Positions 17,415-27,420 of a stretch of 64,000 nt of DNA are shown here, one piece after another. The notes under the pieces were generated by a model. The model searched no databases, was not told where the DNA came from, and saw nothing but the letters and a program-made list of their open reading frames with translations. The stretch comes from Hyphomicrobiales bacterium. Its GTDB lineage: Bacteria; Pseudomonadota; Alphaproteobacteria; Rhizobiales; TMED25. The position numbers and the translations under genes were made by a program. The stretch is from contig JBMYRO010000001.1 of assembly GCA_049602435.1 (NCBI GenBank), forward strand, positions 62,456 to 126,455, given 5' to 3'. The number at the start of each line of letters is the position of its first letter. The first letter of the stretch is position 1.

Positions 17415-17988
17415 ATCCAACACCATTGAGTAAGTTTGAGGTTTGATAGAGTGGAAGACCAACAACTGATGAATATGAACCAATAATCTTTATTACAAAT
17501 GAGCTTGCAATTCCCTGAATAGCATAACCACCCGCTTTATCATACCACTCTCTTGAAAGTATGTAAGATCCCATCTCCTCATCTGATAATCTTTTAAATT
17601 TTACTCTTGTTTCAACTAATCTAGAAATATATTTCCCATACTGATCACGCAGGCATACTGCTGTATATACTCTGTGATTCCTTCCAGATAATAATTGCAA
17701 TGCCTTAAGAGCATCATCTTCATGATTTGGCTTTTCTACAATTCGTCTACCTACAGCAACAATTGTATCTGCTGCTAAAATTATAGAATTTTCTATTTTA
17801 CTCTTCTCATATACTGCTTCAGCCTTACGTTTGGCTATTATAATAGCCTTTTGCTTTGGTAGTATTTTTGGGTCATCTATAAACTCATTTATATTTGAGT
17901 CGTCAATCAAATCAGGAAAAACTCCAATTTGTTCCAAGAGATCTTTCCTTCTTGGTGATTTACTCGCTAAAATTAATTTTAAAGTCAT
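17383..17988 (-). CDS. maf: Maf-like nucleoside triphosphate pyrophosphatase
   Basis: 201 aa with LILASKSPRRKDLL at the N-terminus, ILAADTIV and AGGYAIQG motifs. Confidence 0.85.
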   Translation of the reverse strand: MTLKLILASKSPRRKDLLEQIGVFPDLIDDSNINEFIDDPKILPKQKAIIIAKRKAEAVYEKSKIENSIILAADTIVAVGRRIVEKPNHEDDALKALQLLSGRNHRVYTAVCLRDQYGKYISRLVETRVKFKRLSDEEMGSYILSREWYDKAGGYAIQGIASSFVIKIIGSYSSVVGLPLYQTSNLLNGVGYDVKYRWKEK

Positions 17989-17990
17989 AG

Positions 17991-19295
17991 CTAACTTCGA
18001 TTTTTTTTATTTAGTCTTGTTCTCAATGAATTTGCATGTGATGTAAGCCCCTCATGCTCTGCAATAATGATTGCGCTTTCTGCTAATTCGTTAAATGTTC
18101 CTTCTGAACATTCTATTATTGAAGTTTTTTTCATGAAATTCTGCACTGACAGACCAGACGAGAAACGTGCAGATTGCAGTGTTGGCAAGACATGGTTTGT
18201 TCCAACAACATAATCACCTAATGCTTCTGGTGTAAATTTTCCTATAAATATTGCTCCCGCATTCCTTATCTGGGGAATAAGATCTGTCGCGTAATCGGAA
18301 CATAATTCTAAATGCTCTGGTGATAAATAATTAATTAATTCTGAGATATCAGTATTACTTTTGCAAATAATTATACTTCCATATTTATTCCAACTTTTTT
18401 TAAGTGTTGAGTTATTATCAAAATTACTCAGCCTATTATTTATTTCGTTGTTAATTTTTGAAGCAAATTTAATGTCTTTCGTAATCAATATCGATTGCGC
18501 ATTATCATCATGTTCAGCCTGGGCAAAAAGATCTTCTATTACCCAATCTAGATCCATATCTTTTTCAGCAACAACAACAACCTCTGAAGGTCCTGCCACC
18601 ATATCAATTCCAACATCACCAAATACCTGTTTCTTAGCTCCAGCAACATAACTATTACCAGGACCAACAATCATATCAACTCTCTTAATCAAAGAAGTTC
18701 CATATGCGAGAGCTGCTATTGCTTGGGCTCCTCCGATTCGATAAATCTCTTTTATCCCACATATGTAAGCTGCAGCTAATATAGGTTCATTGATAGTGCC
18801 GTTAATTGATGGCGTAACCATCACAATTCTATCAACACCTGCAACTAATGCTGGTACAGCATTCATCAATACTGAGCTTGGATATAGCGCCTTTCCACCA
18901 GGAACATATAAACCAACTGACTGAATTGGTGTCCACTTTAAATCAATCTTTGTATCTATATTATCTTTATATTTAATATCTGAAGGTTTGAGTTTTTTGT
19001 GATAATTCAAAATCCTTTTATAAGCAAATTCGAGTGATTTTTTAAGCTCAGGACTTATATTTTTATAACTATCCTCTATGATTTCTTGTGGAATTAGCAA
19101 ATCATTTTGATTTAGCTCATTTTTATCAAATTTGTTTGTAAATTCAACTAGTGCTGTATCACCATTTTCTTTTATTGAATTAATTATATTGATAACATCT
19201 TTTGCAACATCATCAAAATTCGATTGCCTTTTTTTATTTAACTCAAAAAATTGCTCCATTGAGTCTTTATCATCGTAGTGGTAAATTTTATTCAT
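17991..19295 (-). CDS. hisD: Histidinol dehydrogenase
   Basis: 434 aa with full-length HisD resemblance (PGGKALYPSSVLMNAVPA, AGPSEVVVVA, AQAEHD, GDYVVGTNHVLPT). Confidence 0.9.
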   Translation of the reverse strand: MNKIYHYDDKDSMEQFFELNKKRQSNFDDVAKDVINIINSIKENGDTALVEFTNKFDKNELNQNDLLIPQEIIEDSYKNISPELKKSLEFAYKRILNYHKKLKPSDIKYKDNIDTKIDLKWTPIQSVGLYVPGGKALYPSSVLMNAVPALVAGVDRIVMVTPSINGTINEPILAAAYICGIKEIYRIGGAQAIAALAYGTSLIKRVDMIVGPGNSYVAGAKKQVFGDVGIDMVAGPSEVVVVAEKDMDLDWVIEDLFAQAEHDDNAQSILITKDIKFASKINNEINNRLSNFDNNSTLKKSWNKYGSIIICKSNTDISELINYLSPEHLELCSDYATDLIPQIRNAGAIFIGKFTPEALGDYVVGTNHVLPTLQSARFSSGLSVQNFMKKTSIIECSEGTFNELAESAIIIAEHEGLTSHANSLRTRLNKKNRS

Positions 19296-19307
19296 TGTAT
19301 TACCTAT

Positions 19308-20603
19308 CTATACTATTCTCTCAATAATTGCACCGCAATTTGATAATTTTTTTTCAAGTGAGTCAAACCCCCTATCAAGATGGTATACTCTATTTATTAT
19401 AGTCTCTCCTACCGCAGTCAATCCTGCAATAACTAGAGAAACAGATGCTCTTAAATCGGTTGCCATAACTTGTGCACCAATAAGATTTGACTTCCCACTA
19501 ATTATTGCTTTATCGCCATCTACGGTAATTTTCGCCCCCATTCTAACTAATTCTTGGACATGCATAAATCTATTTTCAAAAATCTTTTCATTTATTATTG
19601 ATATACCACTTGCTTGTGTAAGGAGTGCCATAAATTGCGCCTGTAAATCAGTTGGAAAACCTGGATATGGTTGCGTTGTAATTTCAATTGGAGATAATTT
19701 CTTATTTGTATTTTCAACTAATATACCTTCCTCAATCTTTAGTACATTACATCCAATTTCTTGAAGTAACCTAAGTGGTAATTCAAGTGTTTCATCATCG
19801 CAATTTTTGAGTGTAACTCTACCTCCCGTTGCACAACAAGCTACAGCATAAGTTCCAGCTTCAATTCTATCTGACATTATTTTATGCTTTGCGCCGCTCA
19901 ATCTTTCTTGACCTTGTATTAATAGAGTGTTGTTACCTGCTACTTCAATATTTGCGCCCATTTTATTTAGAAAGATTATTAAATCTTTTGTTTCTGGTTC
20001 CATTGAAGCATTTGATATTGTTGTTTCTCCCCTTGCTAAGCATGCTGCCATCATTAAATTCTGTGTTGCGCCAACTGATTGTTTTTTTAAATTAATATTT
20101 GCACCTGTGAGCCCATTTTTTGCACGAGCGACAACATAGCCCTCTTCTATTTCTATTTCTGCCCCTAACTTTTTAAGTCCATCTAGGTGAATATCAACAG
20201 GTCTAGTTCCTATAGCGCACCCACCAGGCATTGAAACCTTTGCAAATTTCTCTCTTGCCAGTAACGGACCTAAGACAAGAAAACTCGCCCTCATTTTCGA
20301 TACATCCTCATAATCAGCATTCAAGCTGAGGAATTTTTGTAATTTAATACTCGTTTTTGGTACATTTATATTTTTCTGGTTATTTGAAGTTTCTGAATTT
20401 TTATCTCTTTCAATAACTGCTCCTAAATTTCTCAATATTAATTCTAATCTACTAATATCACTTAAATTAGGAAGATTATCCAAGATCAGTTCTTGATCTG
20501 TTAAAATACTAGCTATCATAATTGGTAGTGATGCATTTTTTGAACCAGAGATTTCAATAGATCCTTCTAGAGGTTTACCACCAACAATTCGAATTTTATC
20601 CAT
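19308..20603 (-). CDS. murA: UDP-N-acetylglucosamine 1-carboxyvinyltransferase
   Basis: MDKIRIVGGKPLEGSIEISGSKNASLPIM... aligns from residue 1 with MurA. The active-site loop PGGCAIGTRPVD is present. I prefer ATG 20603 over the track's GTG at 20615. Confidence 0.92.
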   Translation of the reverse strand: MDKIRIVGGKPLEGSIEISGSKNASLPIMIASILTDQELILDNLPNLSDISRLELILRNLGAVIERDKNSETSNNQKNINVPKTSIKLQKFLSLNADYEDVSKMRASFLVLGPLLAREKFAKVSMPGGCAIGTRPVDIHLDGLKKLGAEIEIEEGYVVARAKNGLTGANINLKKQSVGATQNLMMAACLARGETTISNASMEPETKDLIIFLNKMGANIEVAGNNTLLIQGQERLSGAKHKIMSDRIEAGTYAVACCATGGRVTLKNCDDETLELPLRLLQEIGCNVLKIEEGILVENTNKKLSPIEITTQPYPGFPTDLQAQFMALLTQASGISIINEKIFENRFMHVQELVRMGAKITVDGDKAIISGKSNLIGAQVMATDLRASVSLVIAGLTAVGETIINRVYHLDRGFDSLEKKLSNCGAIIERIV

Positions 20604-20727
20604 CTTTTTTATCACTCAACTTCTGATTTTTTTCTTTTAGCATATTTGCTTGAGCTTTCCTCTTCCTGAGATTTTCTTTTAGTGCCTTAGCTAATTTTTG
20701 ATTGTCTTTTTTTTTCAATTTTGCCAT
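20596..20727 (-). CDS. Small lysine-rich hypothetical protein (43 aa)
   Basis: ATG 20727...TAA 20596 encodes MAKLKKKDNQKLAKALKENLRKRKAQANMLKEKNQKLSDKKDG. Its 3' end overlaps the murA start by 8 nt (GATGGATAA). It is below the ORF-track size cut-off. It resembles small basic alphaproteobacterial proteins (DUF4169-like), but I cannot verify this. Confidence 0.4.
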   Translation of the reverse strand: MAKLKKKDNQKLAKALKENLRKRKAQANMLKEKNQKLSDKKDG

Positions 20728-20779
20728 ATTGTCGAATAACTAGTTTTTTTGACAATCTATTTTGCCAATATATTATAAA

Positions 20780-20854
20780 GCCGCAGTAGCTCAGTGGTAG
20801 AGCGCACCCTTGGTAAGGGTGAGGTCGAGTGTTCAATCCACTCCTGCGGCACCA
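20780..20854 (+). tRNA. tRNA-Thr (anticodon GGU), CCA encoded
   Basis: Cloverleaf: GCCGCAG-TA-GCTC-AGTGGTA-GAGC-G-CACCC-TTGGTAA-GGGTG-AGGTC-GAGTG-TTCAATC-CACTC-CTGCGGC-A-CCA. Confidence 0.95.
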
Positions 20855-20919
20855 TTTCTTAAATATATATAGAAAAAGATTATATTGAAAATCCTTTATT
20901 AGTTATTTAGTTTATATAA

Positions 20920-21384
20920 ATGAAAAAAAAGCTCCTAATTGTATCAAATCTTCCATCAATAAATACCAGAATTTTATTTGACCAGGTTAAAAAGGGGGCA
21001 AAATCAATAAATTCGGAGAATCTTGAGATTATTGCACATGATGCCATAGATGTCGATTACGAGATACTCTCTAAATCTTCAGCAATAATAATTGGTACAA
21101 CTGAAAATCTTGGATACATGAGCGGGATCATTAAGGATTTTTTTGATCGAAACTACTATAAGTGTTTGGATAAAACAAATGGACTTCCCTATGCAATCTA
21201 TATTAGAGCAGGTCATGATGGTACTGGCACCGAAATTAATATTAAAAAAATAATTACAGGATTGAGATGGAAAGAGATTCAAAAACCACTTATATTGAAA
21301 GGTGATTGGAACAATGACTTTAAGAGAGAATGTTTTAATCTTGGCGCAACAATTGCAGCAGGACTTGACGCTAATATTTACTAA
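20920..21384 (+). CDS. Flavodoxin-like fold protein (possible FMN-dependent NAD(P)H oxidoreductase)
   Basis: 154 aa with an alternating beta-alpha pattern and an N-terminal KKLLIVSNLPS loop. The family assignment is only moderate. Confidence 0.55.
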   Translation: MKKKLLIVSNLPSINTRILFDQVKKGAKSINSENLEIIAHDAIDVDYEILSKSSAIIIGTTENLGYMSGIIKDFFDRNYYKCLDKTNGLPYAIYIRAGHDGTGTEINIKKIITGLRWKEIQKPLILKGDWNNDFKRECFNLGATIAAGLDANIY

Positions 21385-21404
21385 ATCTATTTTATAGGCT
21401 TAAC

Positions 21405-22760
21405 ATGTTCACAAAAAATAAAAAAAATTCTACAGAAATCACTATCTTAAAAAGTGGAGATTTAAATCAATTTGTAGATAGTCATAAAAAATACAAGAAC
21501 TGGATTCATGAAAATAATTTCAAGGCATCTCCAGGTCAATATTTAATCATTCCATCAAATGATGGACAAATTGAAAAGGTACTTGTTGGTAGAAGTGATT
21601 CAAGTGATGTTTATAGTGATTTTTTTTGTTACAAATTATCAAAATCATTACCTAATAGAAACTACTATTTTTCAAACTTAGAAGATGGTTCAACTCTTCC
21701 TTATCTAAGCTGGGCACTTGGCAATTATAGCTATAACTCTCCTTCAAAAAATAATTCTAAGTTATATCTCCCAGAAAAGATCTACGATGAAGTACAAAAT
21801 CTAGTTAAAAGTATTTTCTTCACAATGGATTTAATAAACCATCCTGCGAATGTACTAAATACAGAAAACTTCGCGAAAACTATAAAAAAATATTTTGATG
21901 GTTTGGGTTGCAAAATAAGTGAGGTTTCTGGCAAGGAACTTATTAAAGAAAATCTTCCATTAATTTATGAAGTGGGGAAAGCTAGCGATCATCCTCCACG
22001 ACTAGTTGATATCCGATGGGGCAACAAAAAAAGCAAAAAGATAACATTGGTTGGTAAAGGCGTAACTTTTGATACCGGTGGTTTAGATATAAAACCATCA
22101 TCCGGTATGTTATTAATGAAAAAGGATATGGGCGGTGCTGCAAATATTTTAGGACTTGCAAGTATGCTTATTCTTAATCAAGTTGATATAAATCTCAGAG
22201 TTTTAATACCTATTGTGGAGAATTCCATCTCAGGTAATTCTTTTAGACCTGGTGATATTTTAAAATCTCGTAATGGAACAACAGTTGAAATTGGAAATAC
22301 AGATGCAGAAGGGAGATTAATACTTGCTGATGCTTTGACTTTGGCCGATGAAGAAAAACCTGAGATAATTATTGATATGGCAACATTAACAGGAGCAGCT
22401 AGAGTGGCTATGGGTCCTGAAATAGTTCCATTCTTCTCAACAAACAAAGAAGTTGCGGCTACTTTACAAAATATATCATTTAAAGTTCAAGATCCTGTCT
22501 GGCAAATGCCATTTTTTGAGCCCTATGGCAAATGGCTTAATAATGAGATATCTGATATAAATAATTCCCCAAACACTCCATTTGCTGGATCTATTGTTGC
22601 AGCAGAATTCCTAAAAAAGTTTATCACGAATACAAAAACTTACCTTCATTTTGATGTTTACTCATGGAATAATGGAACAAACTCTAATATTCCGAAAGGT
22701 GGAGCAGCACAGGGTATTAGGGCTATTTATCAATTATTAGTTGATCATATAAAAAATTAA
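21405..22760 (+). CDS. M17 leucyl aminopeptidase family protein
   Basis: Catalytic-domain motifs VGKGVTFDTGG, MKKDMGGAA and NTDAEGRLILADAL. Confidence 0.85.
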   Translation: MFTKNKKNSTEITILKSGDLNQFVDSHKKYKNWIHENNFKASPGQYLIIPSNDGQIEKVLVGRSDSSDVYSDFFCYKLSKSLPNRNYYFSNLEDGSTLPYLSWALGNYSYNSPSKNNSKLYLPEKIYDEVQNLVKSIFFTMDLINHPANVLNTENFAKTIKKYFDGLGCKISEVSGKELIKENLPLIYEVGKASDHPPRLVDIRWGNKKSKKITLVGKGVTFDTGGLDIKPSSGMLLMKKDMGGAANILGLASMLILNQVDINLRVLIPIVENSISGNSFRPGDILKSRNGTTVEIGNTDAEGRLILADALTLADEEKPEIIIDMATLTGAARVAMGPEIVPFFSTNKEVAATLQNISFKVQDPVWQMPFFEPYGKWLNNEISDINNSPNTPFAGSIVAAEFLKKFITNTKTYLHFDVYSWNNGTNSNIPKGGAAQGIRAIYQLLVDHIKN

Positions 22761-22891
22761 TAACAAATTGGTGCACTATTAATATTTATCGCGTTATTTA
22801 TAATGTAATTGATTTCAAAAAAGAGCCAAGCTTTCAATCCGAGACAGTTTCTGAAGCCATTTATGGTGAAAGTTTTGAAGTTGAAGAAAAT

Positions 22892-23557
22892 TTGGATGAT
22901 TGGCTCTTTGGAAGGTTGCTTAGCGATAATTACTTTGGCTATCTACCAGTAACTGCTCTGCAAAAGGAAGAGATCAACCTCGACACAACTTGGTCGTATG
23001 TTAATTCTAATTGTGCAAGCATATACTCAAAGCCAGATCCAAAGTCTCCAATAATAAATACTTTATTCAGAAATTCGCGTATCCTAAAAGATCAAAATCA
23101 ATATAACGGTTTTTTTGAGATCAATTTTGGAATGGGATACATAAATGAAGCTCATATATCATTTTCTGAAAAAATAACCATCCCCGATGATTTTGTAAAA
23201 ATAGCTTCCTCATATATTGGAACACCATATAAATGGGGAGGTAGAACTATTCTTGGTTTAGATTGTTCTGGATTGATACAAACTTCTCTACACTCGCTTG
23301 GAATTAATTGTCCTAGAGATACCAAAGATCAAATAAAAGTCCTTGGAACTAAAATTGATCTAGTGGCTAATCATAGTAATCTTAAAAATGGTGACATAAT
23401 TTTCTGGGAAGGCCACGTTGGAATTTACATAGAAACTAACAAAATTTTACATAGCAACATGACCACAATGGATACAAGGATTGAAAATTTTAATGAAGTT
23501 AAAACAAATCTTCAGAGAGATAAAAAAGAAATTCTATCAATTAAAAGGATTGATTAA
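22892..23557 (+). CDS. NlpC/P60 (C40) peptidase with an N-terminal SH3b-like domain
   Basis: The catalytic Cys lies in GLDCSGLIQ and the His in WEGHVGIY. The coordinates follow the track's TTG. The conserved SH3b-like sequence (NVIDFKKEPSFQSETVSEAIYGESFEVEEN) continues in frame upstream to at least 22802 with no canonical start. The true start is probably an ATT between 22778 and 22808. Confidence 0.85.
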   Translation: MDDWLFGRLLSDNYFGYLPVTALQKEEINLDTTWSYVNSNCASIYSKPDPKSPIINTLFRNSRILKDQNQYNGFFEINFGMGYINEAHISFSEKITIPDDFVKIASSYIGTPYKWGGRTILGLDCSGLIQTSLHSLGINCPRDTKDQIKVLGTKIDLVANHSNLKNGDIIFWEGHVGIYIETNKILHSNMTTMDTRIENFNEVKTNLQRDKKEILSIKRID

Positions 23558-23571
23558 AAAATTTAGATATT

Positions 23572-25161
23572 TCAATCAAGCAATGCAGAAGATATTAATT
23601 TTTTTGTGTAATCATTCTTTGGTCTATTGAAGATATTCTCTGTATAATCGGATTCAACTATATTTCCAGAATTAATCACAAAAACTCTATCAGCCATATA
23701 CCGAATAACCCTTAAATCATGGCTAATAAACAGATATGCTGTATTATATTTTTCTTGCAGATCTGTTAGGAGATTTAAAATTTGGAGCTGAACTGTTGAG
23801 TCAAGAGAACTCGTAGGCTCGTCTAAAATCAGAAGTTTTGGTCTTAAAATAATTGCTCTTGCAATTGCAATTCTCTGTCTTTGACCTCCTGAAAATTCGT
23901 GAGGATATCTATTGATATGCTGTGTAGAGAGGCCTACATCTTGGAGTATTTCATTGGTCATCTCTAATCTTTTTCTGGCATTTAATTCTATCTTTTGTGA
24001 AATTAAGCCCTCTTCTATTATTTGTCCTATAGTCATCCTGGGCGACAATGAGCCATAAGGATCTTGAAATACAATTTGAAAATCTTTCCTTTTTGGATTT
24101 AATTTAATACGATTTAATTTTGAAAAATCTTGGCCCATGAAAATAACCTTGCCCTGACTCTTGATTAGCCTGAGCATCGATAATCCAATAGTTGTTTTGC
24201 CTGATCCTGACTCTCCCACTAGTCCAACAGTTTCTCCCAAATTGATTGAAAAATTTATTTCTTTTAAGACATTATTTGTAAGCGTTTTCATCAGAGATTT
24301 TTTTTGTATGTAATTTACAGACAAATTCTCTACCTTAAAAATCTCAAGTGATTTATTCATTCTTTTCTTTTTTAGCTGTAGACTACGAGCATTGACAAGT
24401 TCTTTTGTATAATTTTTCCTTGGATTCTGGAATATATCCTCAACTATGCCACTTTCTATAACTTTTCCACCCTGCATAACGTAAACAAAATCAGAAAAGT
24501 CTTTTACAATACCTAAATCATGTGTGATGAATAGAATAGCTAAATTTAATTCTTCCTGTAATGATTTTAATAAATTTAAAATTTCATATTGTATTGTTAC
24601 ATCTAATGCAGTTGTTGGCTCATCAGCTATCAAGAGTTGAGGGTTATTGGATAGCGCCATTGCTATCATAACTCTCTGACGTTCTCCACCTGAGAGTTGG
24701 TGCGGATATCTTGCAAGCTTACTTTCGGGATCACTAATCCTAACTTTTTTCATTAACTCAATTACTTTACTTCTTATTTCATGCTTTTTAGCTAACTTAT
24801 GAATTAGCATACCTTCACTTATCTGCTTTTCAACAGTATGAAGTGGATTTAAGGCACTTAATGGCTCTTGGAAGACCATTGAAATTTTATTCCCACGAAT
24901 TTTGTTAAGTTGATCATTTGAAATTTTAGTCAAATCTTCTTTATCAAATAATATTTGACTATAACTTTGTATTATTGATGTATTAGGGTTTAGCCCTAGT
25001 ATTGACAAGGCTGTTAGAGTTTTGCCAGAACCAGACTCCCCAACAATTGCAACTGTCTTCCCTTTTGGAATATTAATCTCTACATCATTAATTTGAAAAT
25101 CTGATTCTGTTGAACCTTTAAACTTCATAGTAAAGTTTTTTATTTCTAATAAATTTTTCAT
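23572..25161 (-). CDS. yejF: Peptide/microcin-type ABC transporter, fused double ATPase (YejF-like)
   Basis: 529 aa with two ABC cassettes (GESGSGKT twice, LSGGERQR and FSGGQRQR). Confidence 0.85.
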   Translation of the reverse strand: MKNLLEIKNFTMKFKGSTESDFQINDVEINIPKGKTVAIVGESGSGKTLTALSILGLNPNTSIIQSYSQILFDKEDLTKISNDQLNKIRGNKISMVFQEPLSALNPLHTVEKQISEGMLIHKLAKKHEIRSKVIELMKKVRISDPESKLARYPHQLSGGERQRVMIAMALSNNPQLLIADEPTTALDVTIQYEILNLLKSLQEELNLAILFITHDLGIVKDFSDFVYVMQGGKVIESGIVEDIFQNPRKNYTKELVNARSLQLKKKRMNKSLEIFKVENLSVNYIQKKSLMKTLTNNVLKEINFSINLGETVGLVGESGSGKTTIGLSMLRLIKSQGKVIFMGQDFSKLNRIKLNPKRKDFQIVFQDPYGSLSPRMTIGQIIEEGLISQKIELNARKRLEMTNEILQDVGLSTQHINRYPHEFSGGQRQRIAIARAIILRPKLLILDEPTSSLDSTVQLQILNLLTDLQEKYNTAYLFISHDLRVIRYMADRVFVINSGNIVESDYTENIFNRPKNDYTKKLISSALLD

Positions 25162-25162
25162 C

Positions 25163-26275
25163 TTAATCTACAAAAACCTTTCGAGGGTCGAAGGCATCTC
25201 TTACACCTTCGCCAATAAAAATTAGTAAACTAAGTAAAACAGCTATCCCAAAGAAACTAGTCAAACCTAACCATGGCGCATGAATATTATTTTTTCCCTG
25301 TGCTAATAATTCTCCAAGTGATGGAGAGCCTGGTGGCATTCCAAAACCCAAAAAATCTAAAGACGTAAGAGTAACAATTGATCCATTAAGTATAAATGGG
25401 AGGAAAGTTAGAGTTGCAACCATAGCATTTGGAAGCAAATGTTTAAACATAATCTTCATATTTGATACGCCTAATGCGCGGGCTGCCAATACATATTCAA
25501 AGTTTCGAGCTCTCAAGAACTCTGCTCTAACAACCCCAACCAAACTTACCCAAGAGAATAATAAAAGAATAAAAAGAAGTAACCAAAATGAAGGTGTAAT
25601 GACTGCTGAAATGATTATTAGTAAATATAACGATGGAATAGAATTCCATATTTCAATAAATCTCTGAGTTATCAGATCTGTTAAGCCTCCAAAAAAACCT
25701 TGAATTGCCCCCATAAAAATACCGATGGCAGAAGATAGAATGGTCAAAAGTAAACCAAAAATAATAGATATACGAAAACCATATGCTAACCTTGCCAATA
25801 CATCTCGACCCTGATCATCTGTCCCCAACCAATTCCAATTCCAGGCAGTACATCTTCCATCATCAATACCCAATGTATAATTTTGACAGCGTATTTCTTT
25901 GTCAAGGAAGAATGATGGTGGTGATGGGGCAGGTACTGGTAACTCGTAATTTATTGTCTTGTAATTATACCTTACCATTGGCCATAATATCCATCCATTT
26001 TGTGCAATTTCATCTGATATAAATGGATCTCTATAATCTGTTACAGCAAGAAATCCTCCGAATTTTTCTTCAGGATAATCCATGATGGTAGGGAATAATA
26101 GTTCCCCTTTATAGAAGGCTAGTATAGGTTTGTCGTTAATTAAAAATTCAGAAAACAATGAAAGGACAAACAAAACAAGAAAAAGACGTAAAGATATGAA
26201 TGCACGCTTGTTTTTTTTAAAATTTCCAATCCTTCTATGAGTGATGGGTGAAAGATTATTTTTTTTACCAATCAT
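25163..26275 (-). CDS. yejE: Peptide ABC transporter permease (YejE-like)
   Basis: 370-aa polytopic BPD-type permease. It starts 1 nt upstream of yejF. Confidence 0.8.
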   Translation of the reverse strand: MIGKKNNLSPITHRRIGNFKKNKRAFISLRLFLVLFVLSLFSEFLINDKPILAFYKGELLFPTIMDYPEEKFGGFLAVTDYRDPFISDEIAQNGWILWPMVRYNYKTINYELPVPAPSPPSFFLDKEIRCQNYTLGIDDGRCTAWNWNWLGTDDQGRDVLARLAYGFRISIIFGLLLTILSSAIGIFMGAIQGFFGGLTDLITQRFIEIWNSIPSLYLLIIISAVITPSFWLLLFILLLFSWVSLVGVVRAEFLRARNFEYVLAARALGVSNMKIMFKHLLPNAMVATLTFLPFILNGSIVTLTSLDFLGFGMPPGSPSLGELLAQGKNNIHAPWLGLTSFFGIAVLLSLLIFIGEGVRDAFDPRKVFVD

Positions 26276-26291
26276 AGTTTAGTACCAATCC

Positions 26292-27389
26292 TCAAAAGTC
26301 TCTTTTCTCAAAATCTATCCTAGGATCTATCCAATGATATAATAAATCAGATAAAAGATTGATGATTAATCCAATGAAAGAAAATATATAAAGTGATGCA
26401 AATACAACTGCATAATCTCTGTTTACAATTGACTCAAAACTCAATAAGCCAAGTCCATCAAGTGAGAATATTGTCTCAATTAATAGTGACCCTGTAAAAA
26501 ATGCAGAAATAAAAGCTGCTGGGAATCCAGAAATTATAATTAACATCGCATTTCGAAAAACATGCCTTTTTAAAACTTGCTTCTCAGTAAGTCCCTTTGC
26601 TTTAGCAGTCAATACATACTGCTTTCCTATTTCATCAAGAAATGAATTTTTTGTTAGTAAAGTTGTAGTCGCGAAAGCTGCTAAAACCATTGATAAAAGA
26701 GGTAATGTTATATGCCAGATATAATCAACAACTTTTCCAAGTATACTGAGCTCATTAAAATTATCTGATGTCAGACCCCTAAGCGGAAACCAATCTAAAT
26801 AGCTTCCACCAGCAAAAAATATAATTAAAAAAATAGCTATAAGAAACCCTGGTAATGCGTAGCTTATAACTATTACTGTGGAAGTCCAGAGATCAAACTT
26901 GGTTCCATCACGAACCGCTTTCATCATTCCAAGTGGTATTGAAATTAAGTACGAAATTAGAGTCATCCAAAGCCCAAGTGATATAGACACAGGAAGTTTT
27001 TCAATTATTAAATCAATTACCCTAATATCTCTGTAATAACTTTCACCAAAATCAAATCTTATATAATTTGATATCATTTGATAAAATCTCTCTAAAGGAG
27101 GTTTATCAAACCCAAATTGTTTTTCTAATTCTAATATAAATTCTGGATCTAATCCTTGGCTACCTCTATACTTGTTGTTTATATCTCCATTTTGTCCAGA
27201 TTGAGTAAAATCTCCGCTAAAACCTCCCGAAACACGTGAAAGAGCAGAATTATCATTGCCCTCAATTTGAGATATGATTCTCTCTATTGGACCACCAGGC
27301 GCAAATTGGATAATTAAGAAGCTTATTGCCATAATCCCAAATATTGTGGGTATAATCAGAAATAGTCTTCGGAGTGTATATATAAACAT
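26292..27389 (-). CDS. yejB: Peptide ABC transporter permease (YejB-like)
   Basis: 365-aa DppB/OppB-like permease (MFIYTLRRLFLIIPTIFGI...). Confidence 0.8.
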   Translation of the reverse strand: MFIYTLRRLFLIIPTIFGIMAISFLIIQFAPGGPIERIISQIEGNDNSALSRVSGGFSGDFTQSGQNGDINNKYRGSQGLDPEFILELEKQFGFDKPPLERFYQMISNYIRFDFGESYYRDIRVIDLIIEKLPVSISLGLWMTLISYLISIPLGMMKAVRDGTKFDLWTSTVIVISYALPGFLIAIFLIIFFAGGSYLDWFPLRGLTSDNFNELSILGKVVDYIWHITLPLLSMVLAAFATTTLLTKNSFLDEIGKQYVLTAKAKGLTEKQVLKRHVFRNAMLIIISGFPAAFISAFFTGSLLIETIFSLDGLGLLSFESIVNRDYAVVFASLYIFSFIGLIINLLSDLLYHWIDPRIDFEKRDF

Positions 27390-27420
27390 CTTGTTTTATA
27401 TTACATAGCGATGTGAATAG

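Noticed and set aside
20749-20777. A near-consensus promoter, TTGACA-16-TATTAT, directly upstream of tRNA-Thr.
   Set aside because: The -10 element ends only about 3 nt before the mature tRNA 5' end (20780). The expected transcription start would therefore fall inside the tRNA. It may be coincidental or may serve an unusual leaderless precursor, so I did not call it as a feature.
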